Source: Nemertoderma westbladi (taxonomy: Eukaryota; Animalia; Xenacoelomorpha). From it: a stretch of 64,000 nucleotides of DNA. The notes beneath the pieces are model-generated. The model worked only from the letters and a program-made list of their open reading frames with translations, had not been told where the DNA came from and did no database searches. Location of the stretch: NCBI GenBank assembly GCA_032718475.1, contig JAUCBJ010004814.1:1-64000 (forward strand), given 5' to 3'. The position numbers and the translations under genes were made by a program. Positions 35,763 to 48,945 of the stretch are shown in pieces (the first letter of the stretch is position 1; each line of letters opens with the position of its first letter).

Positions 35763-36989
35763 GGGTGACTCTAACAGGCGGTGGCGGACTCGTGAGGGTC
35801 TGGGGGCACGTTAAATTGTTGGTATAGTGCAGGGGAGTTACTGAAGGCCCTCGTGTCTAGCGAACCATGAATCAACATGGTGCCGTGGTACCGTCTAGTC
35901 GGCCTGTTGCCGTACTGCCAGTCCTGTACACAGTAGGGGTGGTGGCTTAGTGTGATCTGTGGTTTATGCGGTCTATGTGGTAGGTCTATGTTTGGTATGT
36001 ATGAGTTGACCAGACTCTTTGCTGTCTCCAATCGGTTGCCGAAACGTGTCTTTTCCCAGGGTAGCACTATTGGAATGGAGGTGTTGCATCGGAATGGGCA
36101 GGATTCTGATGATTCTGTTGGTACTACTATTGGAATGGAGGTAGCACCCGGAATATCCGCTGCAAGGAGGGGATGGTGGTAGTGTGGTCCGAGTGAATGA
36201 TACTCTGGAATCTGTGGTTTGTGTGTGGACGATCAGTGGCAGTTTGCTTGAGCTTTCTGTTGCTGTGGGTACGTGGTATACGTGAGTGTATGTATGGCCA
36301 CTGCGAGTGAGTATGGGAACCCTTGCCGGTTGGTCTAGACGCCGCTGGTATTAGTAGGACCCTATCTTTACAGCGCCCCAGCATACTTTGTGCACACAAA
36401 GTTATTTTGCCCTGACGGCAAAATAAGGTACTCTCGGCTCTTTTAACAGTCGATACAATTTAGTCCCCTCTGATTTTGTCCCCGATTTTGTCTTTCCCGA
36501 TTATGTCCTCTGTGTGTGCATGGTATGTGTCAGATTTTGTGTTTACCATAGTGTACTTGATATTTTGAACATCTATTGAGTACACGTGTACAGTGACTGG
36601 TAAGTGGTTACTTGTTCCTAGCTTTCGAGCTAGTCAGTATTGTTTGCGGAACCGATTTCCCCTCAATACTGCCAGTGAGGCGGGTGAAAACGTGTCAAAA
36701 TTCCATGTTGGGTAGCGCAAGCCCACTTGGGACAAGACCGTCGGTTTGGCTCAAGGGCGACCTTGATGCTCGATCGCTATCGACTGGTCCACCCGCCTGT
36801 TGACTCTCTGAGTTGGCTCAATGTACAGTCAGGCCACAGTAAGATGACAGTAGGTGAACTTTGTGCTATTCGGCTACACACGACGAGCTGTGCCGGTGTG
36901 ATCGGGGGATTGAAAATTGAACCCGGGAAGCATCGGGCTACCCTCCGGCCCGGTCTGATAAAAACGGAGTCGGACTGGCCCCAAGGGTA

Positions 36990-39357
36990 GTGGAAAAGCG
37001 TCCTCCTCGTGGGTGCGCCTCGGGGAGGAGCCCAGAAGGACATAAGTGGGAAAATCTGCAAGAGAAGCAAGACTACATAGATAAACAGAGAACAGCTACT
37101 CAGTGGCAGCTGATAAGTCGATCCACTCCCAAACGACAGGGATTTACATCCTCTGATGAAGGCGATACCACCGATCCTGAAGGCGGAGGAAATAGATCTC
37201 GTCTAAGTAGGCGTAGAAGAATGTCCCACCGTCAGAAATTGCCTGATTTGCCCCCAGCTGTTAGAAGGCAACTAACTAACACAGACTTAGGTAGTATAGA
37301 ACCCATAGACCAAATAATTAAAATAGAAAGACTCCCTACTATAGTAGATGAGCCTGAAATAATTAGGCCTGTTCTCGAAGCCACCCCTTCGGTGATAGAG
37401 ACACCTGTACTCCCAGAACCTACCTCTAAATTCCCTTTGCACAGTACTAAACTACCTGTGCCCAGTAGGACTGTTCCCGAGTCCAAACCCGTCCTGGACG
37501 CCGAGCAAGACATCAAGAATTTATCGCCCGTCGTCTCTCATCTGCCCACTACTACGTTGGCGTCTCCCACTTCAGCAGTCGAGTGGGTGGATGAGGGGCG
37601 GCAAGGGATGAATCTCCTGCTCGGGCAGATGCAGGAGACTGTTCAACAGTTTAAGGGAACAGTAAGGGAAAGTAGGTTAGAGTTGCAAGAAGTGCAGCAA
37701 AGTATCGCGTTAGAACGCGATAAATTAGTAAATACACAAAAGGGTATACCACCACCCCCTATAACAATGTGTCAACCTGTTAGGCCTGAAGTATTTCATG
37801 CGCAAGGTGTGGAGCTTACACGCATCTATACTGCTAGTGAAGTAGAAACTCCTATAGTAAACCCTATTAAGGGTAATTATAAACCTGTTGACAATGATAT
37901 TCCATATAGACTTGATAATAATCCAAGAAATTTATATACCGATAACTCGATATTAAATAACACGATGGCCCAAGAAAGTTTTACGCATCAAATGGCTAGA
38001 ACCGAAGCCCGTCAAGCGGTAAAGGTGGGAGAGATCGTCAAGTTCAATGGAGATGAGATGAAATGGTTACCTTTTAATGAATATTATAAAGATAACATAC
38101 AGAACTCTGTGCTATCTAACGGAGAGAAACTTAGATTCCTCATCGAGTGCTTGGAAGGATCTCCCAAGTTAATGGCGTTAAAGTTTATTGGACATCCAGA
38201 TGGATTAAGACAAGTTTGGGATACACTAAACATCAGGTATGGTAATAGGACTAACATAGCTAGGTATTTATATGCGAAATTAATGGTGCCCCGAAAGTTT
38301 CTTAGCAGCGGGATTATAGAGTTTTACAACGAGATTCAAGAGATCTGTAGACAACTAGATTGGTTAGGTAAGTCTCATGAATACCAAAATTCTATGGTTG
38401 TAGGACCCTTAGCGTCAACTTTGCCAAAGGGTGGAGTAGGTACACGCTGGGACAAGAAAGTGTTATATATGATGGAACAACAACGAAGAGAGCCTACCAT
38501 GGCTGATCTCATGTCATTCTTAGATGGAGAGGTAAAATTACAGCTCCTAAAGCAGTCCAGAGAGAAGTCGCCGGAAAATAAGGTAAGTGTGAAAACCGTT
38601 TCTAGGAGAAAGGTAAAACCAGTGTGCTATACAGACGACGGCGAAAGCCAGGCTTCTCGAGAGGAAGACAGCAGGAAAGACACGGAAAGATCTTACTATG
38701 ACAACAAAGCGCCTAAGTAAATTCAAGTCTCGAACCAATGACAGGAGAGAACAGGTAAGAAAAACTCCTCCTACGTCTCCTAAGAGAATTCATGGAAGAA
38801 AGCCCGAGGAAAGAACGAGTGTGCACAACGTTACCCAAAGTAAGGTAAGTAACATCAAACCAAAATGTTTGCTGTGCGACGGGCCGCACCGTTTAAGTGC
38901 GTGTGATGAATTCCTGAGGAAATCACTAAAGGATAGACGTGAAGTCATGTGGGATAAGCGGTTGTGTTATAATTGCCTCAGACGAGGACACCAACAGCGA
39001 ACCTGTTACTCCGACGCAAGGTGTGCAAAGTGCGGCGCAAAACATCATATCTTGTTGCACAGTGAATTCGAACGAAACAGCCCGAGTCAGGTAAGTGAGT
39101 CCGAACTACATGTCCAATTCAGTGATGTGAACGACACTGACCAAAGTTCTGAGATGGAAGGATTCTATACGGACGAATTCTCCGATGAAAACGAATCCTG
39201 TTACCTGATAAATACCGCAGTGTATCGAGCACTTATGTATGAAAAGGACACCGACAGTGAGCTCCCCCTAACTACTTCTGTCCGACAACCATCTTGGAAA
39301 GCACCAACTTCCAATGTAGGATTTTCCCGTAGTGCAGTTGAGGGTCCACGGACCTGA
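36990..39357 (+). pseudogene. gag: BEL/Pao gag of element C (one frameshift near 38700)
   Basis: KFNGDEMKWLPF...EKLRFLIECLEG (DUF1759-like); BEL knuckle triplet CLLCDGPHRLSAC, CYNCLRRGHQQRTC, CAKCGAKHHILLH. Confidence 0.9.
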
Positions 39358-40520
39358 AAGGAGTTATATAGTGAACGCCCTCCTTGACTCCGGTAGCACA
39401 GGAAAATTCATCGACAAAGAACTAGCCGAAGACATCTTTGCTGGACAACCCAAGTTCCGAACTAAGTTAAACATGTCAGGAATTATGCAGGTTTGGAAAT
39501 CTACAGTAATAGCAGATTATTATGTAGGTGCGTTGTCCACCCCCCAGGATGAACTAGCAGAACACAGTATAAGGTCAGTAAAGATGGTGGCGATAAAGAA
39601 CTTCGCTACCAGCCAAGTAGAACCTTATAACTGGGATGAGGACGATTTCACCCAGCAGCTTAAGATACCTAGATTCAACACAGACTACCCTGGAGTGCAA
39701 ATACTCATCGGCCAAAATGCGCATGAAGCGCTTGAGACATTGGAGAAACGGCCTGCTCAACCGCAACCACTACAAGCCTATGCGGGAAGAACTAGAGTAG
39801 GTTGGTACTTTACTGGCCCTTCCCGTAGAACTCTCATGGAAAGGTTACCCAAAGAACGGTTCTACCAAGTAAGTGAATGGGAAGCGGAGAGCAGTGAGGT
39901 GGACGACCCAACTGAGGGAACACCATACTCCTCAGATAATGACGAAATTAACTCCAATATAGATCAATGGAGACATTGCCCCGAGACGATTAATCTAGTC
40001 GACATCGCTTCCAGAGGAGCAACTCCTCAAGAACTGACAGATACTCCAGACTGGTTAGGTGGACCCGACTTCCTAAGTAAAGAAGATGAATGGCCTCCCC
40101 ATCGTACCACGGCTGAGATTAGACAAGCCAAGGGAGCGGAGAAAGTCAAACCTAAAACCCGGACGAGTAAATCAAGGTTATTTAAACCCGTGATAGATCT
40201 GTCTGTACTACACATTGCCAGGGACGACGCTGTGGATCTAAACTCCCCCACCGCGATCCGATCTGTTGTGGAGATCAGAGAGAGAGACTGGAGATCTGGA
40301 ACACCAGATGTCTCGCCGGGACTCTCACCTCTCCTGCCGGGAGCGATGGACCACTATAGATCCTGGAATCGGCTTTGTAAGGCCGTCGTGTATTTGAAGC
40401 GATGTTTCTATCGTCACTATTCCAGGACGAAGAGGAAACCTGGAATTGTATTCGAAACATAGCAGCTCAATCGCCCAGTTGGTCGTTTATGTTTACTGGA
40501 AAGAGAACTCTCCGGAAACT
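39332..40520 (+). pseudogene. pol: Deleted pol of element C: protease, then RNase H tail, then last residues of integrase
   Basis: VNALLDSGS (PR), then a jump to QWRHCPETINLVDIASRG...WLGGPDFL, then a jump to RPVGRLCLLE. RT and the IN core are absent. Confidence 0.85.
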
Positions 40521-42238
40521 ATGGAAGGCAAGATACTCTTCCCACGACCACCTCCCTAATCCAACAAACATCTAGGGACTCCCCAACGTAACAGCGTCTG
40601 GAGTGGGTGTGTGACTATATTATTTTATATTTGTTTTTATTATTTTATATTTATGTATGTATTATTATGTAATTTTATTATAATCGTTTTCTTTAATTTT
40701 ATTTAGTAGAATGTTATTTTAGCAATTATCTAGTAGATTAGTGCAATATATATTCGCGTTTATTACTTAATTACTTATATATTATATATTTAGTGCGACG
40801 GCGAGAAATAATTCTTTTTCTCTTTCCTTACTGTCCGTATCATATTATAAATACGTGACTACAGTAAGATGAAATGTCCGTACTTATTAAAGTACAATAA
40901 AGCTCCTACTATATTCAAGTATTATTAGTAAGTAGAGTATTAGGAATGCAAAGTTCAGATCCTCGTGTCTCGGCTAAACCAATCTCTGGGTAGACCTTGG
41001 AAACGACTTGCCTCTTCTCACTGACATTGCTTCTTGCGATATTGCTCTCATACCGTATATTAAATAATACATATAGTAGCGTGATGTCCCTTTAACAGTA
41101 GCGTAAAACACAAAAATAAATCTGTTGAACCCTTTGACCATCTGTAATTCTAGTCGATTAAGATATCGCGGCACCCACCGATATACTTGAAAGACAAAAT
41201 TCTAGAATCAGTGGTTAATGTCCCCAGACATGTTCTGGAATAAACCGGTGCCCATCTTAAATATTAATTATTAATATTTATAAAATCTGTCAAATTTTAT
41301 ATCCTTTAAAATTCTAGTCTATTAAGATATCGTAGCACTTACCGATATTCTTAAAAAGACCATTTTCCTAGAATCAAGGATCCCAGTCCCCAGACATGTT
41401 CTGGAATAAAATTGTGTCTATTTTAATATTAAATGATAAAATTTACGGGAATAAATTTAAATTCATATCTTTTAATGAATTTGATAAATTGTCATTTTTA
41501 TGCAATTTATAACATTCCCAAAATTCCATTAATTAAGAGATCATGGGAGCGGAGATTCACCTTATTAAGTGTATTAGTGTGCGAGAATCTCCAATATATA
41601 GTCAATAGCCGATAAAATTCATAAAATCATGTATAAAGAGGAATATTGACAATTAAAGAATTACTATTAAATAGCATCCCAGATCTGTATGCATGAGAAT
41701 TACCCTAATTCTACTGCTAGCTTTCCATAATGTCACCATGGCAACAACCACGCTAGAATTAGAAGTGAGTTAAAAGAACAATAAAGGCTTGCCCTATTGA
41801 ATAGCATAAAGAATAAATAGCACACTGCTAGTATCCAAAGATACCCAATAATAACGTGACATTCTGGAAGGCACTTGACTAACGTACAAATCAAATGGCC
41901 CGAATGTGTGCGGTTTGTGACAGTTATGTGGAATTTGTGTGTTTATAGGTGGATGTTACTACTAAAGTGTGTTTATGGTAGCGAGTCGCAATTGTGAAAG
42001 TAGCCCTAACTCTCCAGTAAGAACCTGAAGTAAATCTAAGCCTTTGGGACGGACGGTGGAGTGACTCGCGCTGGTTGTTGTGGTCGTTGTGCAGCTACTA
42101 CATTGGCGATAGGCACATCGGCGAAAGTACACCAGCGCTGAGGATCTTGCGCTGTCCGGGGGCCGAGAGGGGTAGGCAGCGACGCCTGCTAGCCTAATTA
42201 TAAACTCATTATGATATTGATAAACTCATATAGCAGCT

Positions 42239-43745
42239 ATGACTGAGTTGATAGAAGATGATCTTGGTATCAGGGAGCGATATACTCTACCTTTACAAGC
42301 GTTTGTCGATAGCTTGATACGCGGCGATGCTAGTCCAACTACTACGGAGGACGATGGTCGTTATATCGAACCGCCAATGTCCCAGGAGCAACTTACGCGT
42401 GAATTGGACTATAGAAAATTCACCGCTCGCTATACGCATCGTAATGGTACGTATATGGACTTCTTAACTACTGGCCATCCTATCGATTTACACGATACGG
42501 ATGATGTAGACACCGAAAGGGAAATGGTTTTATTTAAATATCATACCCAGCGGAGTCGGAACGATAAACCAAGAATCGAATGTGAAAATTCTATTCAAAA
42601 TCGAATCGAAAGAGAAGACGTTAAAGAACCGGATAAACGCGGTAACTCCAACGTATATTTGGAATTCTTGAGAGAAACATTGTAAAACCGAATAAATATC
42701 ACCCGCGTTTCCCCTACAAGACGTGCGTCTTTGGTATTATTGCAATGAATGCCCAAGACCCAACCAACAAATGGAAAGACATAAACATCCGTAGAGACGT
42801 TGCTTTAAACACGGTTTTACTCGCTATATTTACGGGAGTTTCGAGCGAAACTTGTTCGATGTATCACCTACGCTCATTCGATTCAAACGATCCTTAAATA
42901 AACCTATGATCAGAGTTCCGGAATACTCGGTCAGACCTCCTCATTCCCTAGTTAGACTTCAGACTCTTGATCCTAATAGTGTTACCCGAACAATTAGTCG
43001 GTGGCACTCCGGTTGTGGGCTTCCTCAATATTCGCCCATCTTACCTAGCCGGATTGGGACGCGGACATCTAATATCATCATTCAACCGTATCATCGTACC
43101 GGTTTAACCCGATACAACCTGTCACCAAGGCGGAGGAGAGAGTTGTACGAAACGTGTTGGACACTATTCTTCAAAAGATCGGAAAAGGAACCTACAATTG
43201 TTTAGAGAAACGTAAATTGCAGCAACAAGTCCAAGCGGTAAACGAATTAGCTTTATCTCAGTTCGATCAGGAAATCCAGAATCTCTAAGAAGATATCGAA
43301 CTTGGACGGCTCTACTTTCTGCAAGCGTTTGGACAAATGTTTTCAACGACAAGCGGAGGAAAATCAGCTCGAGGAGAAGCATATCGATTCCGATAGAGCC
43401 CGAGAACGCGAGTTGGAAAGAATCATCAAACCGAGGAAATTTCTCACTATACACGGTCCACCTACCGCTATCGTTCAGACGACCCGTCAGGGACCAGTAA
43501 GAGCTGCTGTCTCAAAACGCGCTCTCAAGGTTGTTCGACCTCGTTCCACTGAGGTTGATACCGATCAACCAGGTACCTCGACTGGCGGATACACCGACCG
43601 TAACCCTAAACCTTCTGATGCAATTGTATTGCACCCTTCACCCAAGGGTTATAGCCCTCCTAGTAAAGTGGCTCGCCCCAAAGAGAAAAGGACTCTTGCT
43701 AGCCTCAAAAAACTGCGTAAACGCCGTCCGCGCAAGAAAAACTAA
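42239..43745 (+). pseudogene. Unknown accessory ORF in the env position of element C (frameshifted)
   Basis: Consecutive sense-strand ORFs 42239-42685, 42852-43205 and 43302-43745 end in basic LKKLRKRRPRKKN just before the PPT; no recognisable domain. Confidence 0.55.
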
Positions 43746-43823
43746 CTGTTTAGAGTATTTTTATATTTTAGAAACTGTGATTTTTTATATTTTATAGAAT
43801 TAAATCCCATTTTCTGGGAGTGG

Positions 43824-45019
43824 TGTAAAGGCTTTTGCGGAATTAGCTGGTTATTTTCCCCGCAAAGTACTCTGTAGTTGTTTTAACGGACATAAAAAGC
43901 CGTTTCCTTACTGTACCGGTGTTTTAGTGGACATAAAAGCCATTTCTTCTGTATGTGTACTTTAGCGGACATAACTAGCGATTTTATGTCGCAATAAGCC
44001 AAATACTCTAAACATCGGAACTCCGATGACGACATCTATCAGCTGTGTCCACGTGTAACTTTTCTTTGTTCTTTGTTCGTTCTTTGTTCGGTCGACCAAT
44101 CAGAGCGGTTTTCACTCTGTGTTGGAGATTGTATACAGAAACTTATGCAATTCAGTCAGTGTGTGTATCTTTCTAAGCCCATAACACCAGCTTAGGATTT
44201 TTCTGTACTTCTGTGGAAGTTTCAGACTTTAGCAAAACATTAGTAGGCTTTGGTCATAGAAACGTATAACTGTTATCAAACCACACTGCACCACATATCC
44301 TAATCCTATCAATGCAAATCATATTGTCAACTATAAACACCGCATTTTTACTGCTATTTACTGTCGGTTATTAATTATATCAGTTGATGGAATATTGTTA
44401 TATTTGGATAATATTGATAAATAATCATAAAACCCCCAATCTTCTTGATATACTGAAGGTAAGAGACCGGTTACATATAACAATTGCGACTTACATTAAA
44501 GTGGTTTTGGAGTGAATCTAATGCTATTTCATAGGCACTACATGAGTCGGTTGCTGTTCTCTTTATATGTGACTAAAATTAGTGAAGGTCGGCAGATCGG
44601 TGTGCAGCATTGTGCGGTAGTGTGCATGATTGTGACTGATAACAAAGCATCTCCTAAAGAATGCGCTTTATACGTGAACCAATAGCCATCCCGTTGTGTC
44701 TAGTGTAAGTCATAACTCTGTTTACATACTTAGAGCGCCACGTCCTAAAGGAACTTTTAATATCTCCCGAAAGTGAATAATATTGGTCAAAGATTATATA
44801 TTAACAATCAGTCGAATAATACAGTAGGCCTACACCGCAATAAGGTCAAAGCTTCCGAATCCAGTCTCCCGGGTATATCCAGCGGGTGAATGGTCGCGCA
44901 TAGACTGGCTTCGGCTAATGTAGTGTATCAAATACTCGTCATAGGCTAAAGTCGATTTATAATCTAGAAGACATCTAAATTTGGCAGGTTAAACTGCTAA
45001 AGGTCTGAAAGCGCGAACA
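43824..45019 (+). repeat. 3' LTR of element C (1196 bp)
   Basis: Preceded by PPT-like GGGAGTGG (43816-43823); direct repeat of 28555-29735. Confidence 0.95.
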
Positions 45020-45024
45020 GGCAT

Positions 45025-46001
45025 CTCTCTCCAGCAGGCTATGTATATTTTCTTGGTACTTTAGTATGCGATATTATATTGGTAATATCGCATATCCAAT
45101 CATGATTCGTAAATCATGCGAATTGGAGTGCGCTCCAAATCCACGGAAATTCAATCTAATACTGGATGTGGGGTGGAATTTTTTTCTTGGGGCAAGTTTT
45201 GCGGACTGGCCCGCCCTCTGGGTCTGTTCTCACTATCCACCCTTGGTACATCTGCGAGCTAAGTTGTACTGAGGTATCTGGCATCTCTGTTTAGACTATC
45301 TCCCTTCTTCCTCTCTCGATTTTCTTTTGGGTATTATTGTCCAATCTCTTCACTACCTCGCTTCTTTAGTCCCATAGGACTCATCCACTGCTCAGCTCTC
45401 CACCCTACACATGAATCTTGCGCCCTTCAACTTTCCCCAAACTCTCGCACATCCTCACCATATTCTTCTCATACTCAACTCAACCCCATATTATTCTCAC
45501 ACTCTACACTCCTGTCAGGTCTCACATATGTGTACACCATGTAATTGAGTCCCGTGATTGTCTCATCCTCTTGTTTCAATCAATTAGTCCCCAGTCCCAG
45601 TAGCTAATTGGAAAAGGTTATATCTGACTATAGTACATATGTGGTGGTTTTACGCTACGATTGAATACTTTATATCTTATTTATATTGTTTATAATTAGG
45701 GCGGGAATATTTTACTTTAGTCTACAATTCCGGCGCTGCCTTCCAGGCATCCTGATACTTTCTCGTCATTAAATGATGTCAGCGAACCACATCCTGAGTG
45801 TCAGTCTAGGATTTTATCCCGTCCTTCCAGTTCATCGTAGTTCATCTCTTTTATCCTTGTCCTGGCTTGGATGCTCCCTGCCATCCCATTTGTTCTTAGT
45901 TGCGGATGTATGGCTTTACTAATCCCTATTATCTGTTCCCTGAGCATGGTTGTTACCGTCTCTTGATAACTCTTCGCTGGTGGTCCCATCAAGTGTCCCT
46001 C
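45025..46001 (-). mobile_element. 3' internal region of the older A-family element (right part)
   Basis: Contains the A-family motifs GTGGGGTGGAATT (about 45168), CCAGTCCCAGTAGCTAATTG (45591) and GCCTTCCAGGCAT (about 45738) in the same order as element A. Confidence 0.7.
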
Positions 46002-48537
46002 TGTGATGGGATCAAGGATCCCGACTGGACTGTTATAGTACGCGTCACCGTTCCTGCTTGGGGATCGTGCTAATCAGCTTTGGCCGAGGCTGTAGGGGAA
46101 AAACAATAAGAGTTTGCTGTCGTCTTTCGGTATTAATAAATACATGCGGTGATAGCACAATGTTAATAGTAAAGCAGAAATACAGATAATATTGACTGAT
46201 GAATAGTTTCCAGTATGGCGGTGTCGTCCAATAACTATAACCGATCTGTCCTAAACTGAATAACACAACTGATGCACTAATCTAACAACCTGAGATAATA
46301 TATGATTGATACATTGAATATTGCTTCACCTCTTACACTACTTTGGCATTCTACCCAATGGATGCTTTCCTGTTCCCTATCACGTGCTTCCCTTCCCTCT
46401 ATTGGCTAACATACTACTTGCCACCTTGGCGCTCTCTGGGAGTGTTTCCCCTCCGCTGCTAGCCTCTACTAGCCATATTCCCTCCGAGGTGGTTTGACCT
46501 CTAACCTCTCTTTCTATGTGGCTTCGGGGCTTGTGTTGCCCCCCCCCCCCCCCCCAATGTTGATTATGATACGAGATTGATATTGGTAATCTCGTATCTC
46601 CAACATATTGCTGAAAATGCCACTAGTCACATTTTCTGGTGGGTAATGAAGTGAAATGAATCTGCTTACACTCCCCCCCCCATGCTATCTTCCCAGTGAG
46701 AGGATAGCATCAACCTCAAGCGCGCTACAATTCCGCTGGAACCCAATCTACTATCGGGTGTGGGGTGGAGTTATTTTCTCAGGGTAGGCTTTCCAGGCCG
46801 CCCCCCTTTGGGTGTGATATTGCTACCCCTCCTTGGTGCAATCGCAACCTATGTTGCACCAAGATATCTGACGTCTCTGTTCGAGACAATTGTGGACTCC
46901 TCTCAGACAATTTTATAAAACTTTGCTCTAAACTCACTCTATCCTCACTTCACTCTAACCCATATGGACCCTATCGCCCCTTACTCTCTCTCTCTCACAG
47001 CTCGCTCCCCACATTTGAATTGCACCAGTCTACTTTCTGCGCACGTCAACACCTCTCCGTACCTCCCCCATGCTCCTCCTATACTCAACCCACACTTGTT
47101 TCACCCTACTCACTCCTGACAGGCCTCACCCTACCCTTTTGTGCCATCGCACTAAAGAAGTATGATTCGTCTAGTGTCCCGTCCTCCTGTCATAGTCAAT
47201 TGGTCCCCAGTCCCAGTAGCTAGTTGAAAAAAGGGTTATATATGACTATAGTAATTACTCTGATTATATTGATTCTAATTATATTCTATTGATTATTACA
47301 TACGTACATACTAATTGCACTTTATTAATTTTTGCACTTAGGAGTTCGTATTACTTCACATGTGGTGCCTTCCAGGCATCCCCACATCTCCCCCTCCGAG
47401 TCCTAGTTCGCTCCTCCTGTCTTCAGGAACCATCTCAGTTCCTTCCCTCTATCATCGTCCTGTCTGGGTCGCTTCCTTCCCTCTGGCTTGTCCTCTTTGA
47501 GACTCCTCATTCTCGCCGTTACCGCCTTGCTAATTCCCGTGGTTGATTCCTTGGGCGCTGGTGTTACTAGCTCCCGATAACGCTTTGCAGGTGGCCCTTC
47601 TGAATGCCCCTCCTGCTTCCCCCTGGTAGCGTCCCACAAGATCATCTTCATGGTTCGCTGCACGTGCTCCACCAGAAAGTCTCTAATCTCTCCTCTATCC
47701 TCCGGCGTCCATCTATCCAAATACCTCCGCATGTTGATAACTCATCCATACGATGCCATCGTCGCTACCTCTTGGTATGTAAATGGAAGTAAGTCTCCTC
47801 TTAATAATTTCCAGATGGGCCTCCTGATTGATGTTGAAGAAACCCCACCGGAACTCCTGGGCCTTCATTCACTGTCGCGTCATAACACCAACGTCGGCCC
47901 ACTCCTCGAAGATCTTAAACTTCTCCTCGTCGTCCATACAGTCGCACTGGCGCCCATAGTGCCCTCGGAAGTTTCAATTTGAGCAGCGGTTGTGCAACCT
48001 CGGACACGCTCCCATCCTGTGGCTCGACTCGCGGCAGTAGAAGCAGCTCGTCCCCTTCTGGAATCGATACAAATAGCTCTTTTCCTGGTGAGTCAGTCTC
48101 CTGCAGTAATCACAGTCTTTTGCCCCAAGCGGTCTCCTATGTCTGTGGAGCAGTTGGTAAGCAAACTTCTGGACGTTAACGTGCCTGTCCATGTCTACAT
48201 CCTCGGCTCGCCTCGGCATTGTCTCTCCAAACACTACCCTTGGTGCCATTCCTGGTTGCTCGCCCAACCTGATGGTGCTCCCCGCAAAATCCATCACAGG
48301 CTCCTCGTGCACCCAGGTCCGCTTGCTGGGTTTATCCCAGAAGGCCCTCACCCTGCTGGCCATCACCACTCTCCCACCAACTCAGTCCGTATCTGAGTGG
48401 CCAATCCTCTTGATGGGCGGCATCTCCCCGAACTCGTTGTCATCCTCCTCCCCCGCTGGGACTGGGTCCAGGCCCGGTATCCCGGCAGACCCACTGTGTC
48501 CCTTCCCACCTTGGCTTTTGCCCATAACTTTCCATCC

Positions 48538-48945
48538 ATGACTCTGGATGGCACATTCACAAGAATGCTACGCTGGGTTCATTGTGTCAAGTACAATGCA
48601 CACATCTCCAACCAGACACTATATAACATTGGAGGTGTCTCATTGTTTCCCCCAAGCTTGACACTAGAACAAAATAGCCTCCGCTTTGCAGGACATTGCT
48701 TTCGCCATGAGGTCAAGTCAGTGCATAATCTTGTACTTTGGCAGCCTCATGGAGTGAATAAACATGGTGGACAGCCCATGACTTTCTTGAGACGCATCTT
48801 AAAAGACACTGGCCTTGAAGATGCGGATGATCTAGCAAATGTCATGGGTGATAGGGAGTTGTGGCAGTGCAATTTTTTTGACAAGCCGGCACAGCATTCT
48901 TAAAAATGCAGCTGCAATGCAGCATGCCGATCCTAGTAGTAGTAG
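48538..48945 (+). mobile_element. RTE-clade LINE 3' fragment nested in B
   Basis: LDGTFTRMLR...LRFAGHCFRH...LVLWQP; (TAG)n tail; 8-bp TSD TTCCATCC (48530-48537 / 48946-48953). Confidence 0.85.

Larger units (their letters stand above)
28555..45019 (+). mobile_element. BEL/Pao LTR retrotransposon C, internally deleted (non-autonomous), with nested insertions
   Basis: LTRs 28555-29735 and 43824-45019 (TG...CA); perfect TSD GGCAT (28550-28554 / 45020-45024); Pao-type gag and protease. Confidence 0.95.
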
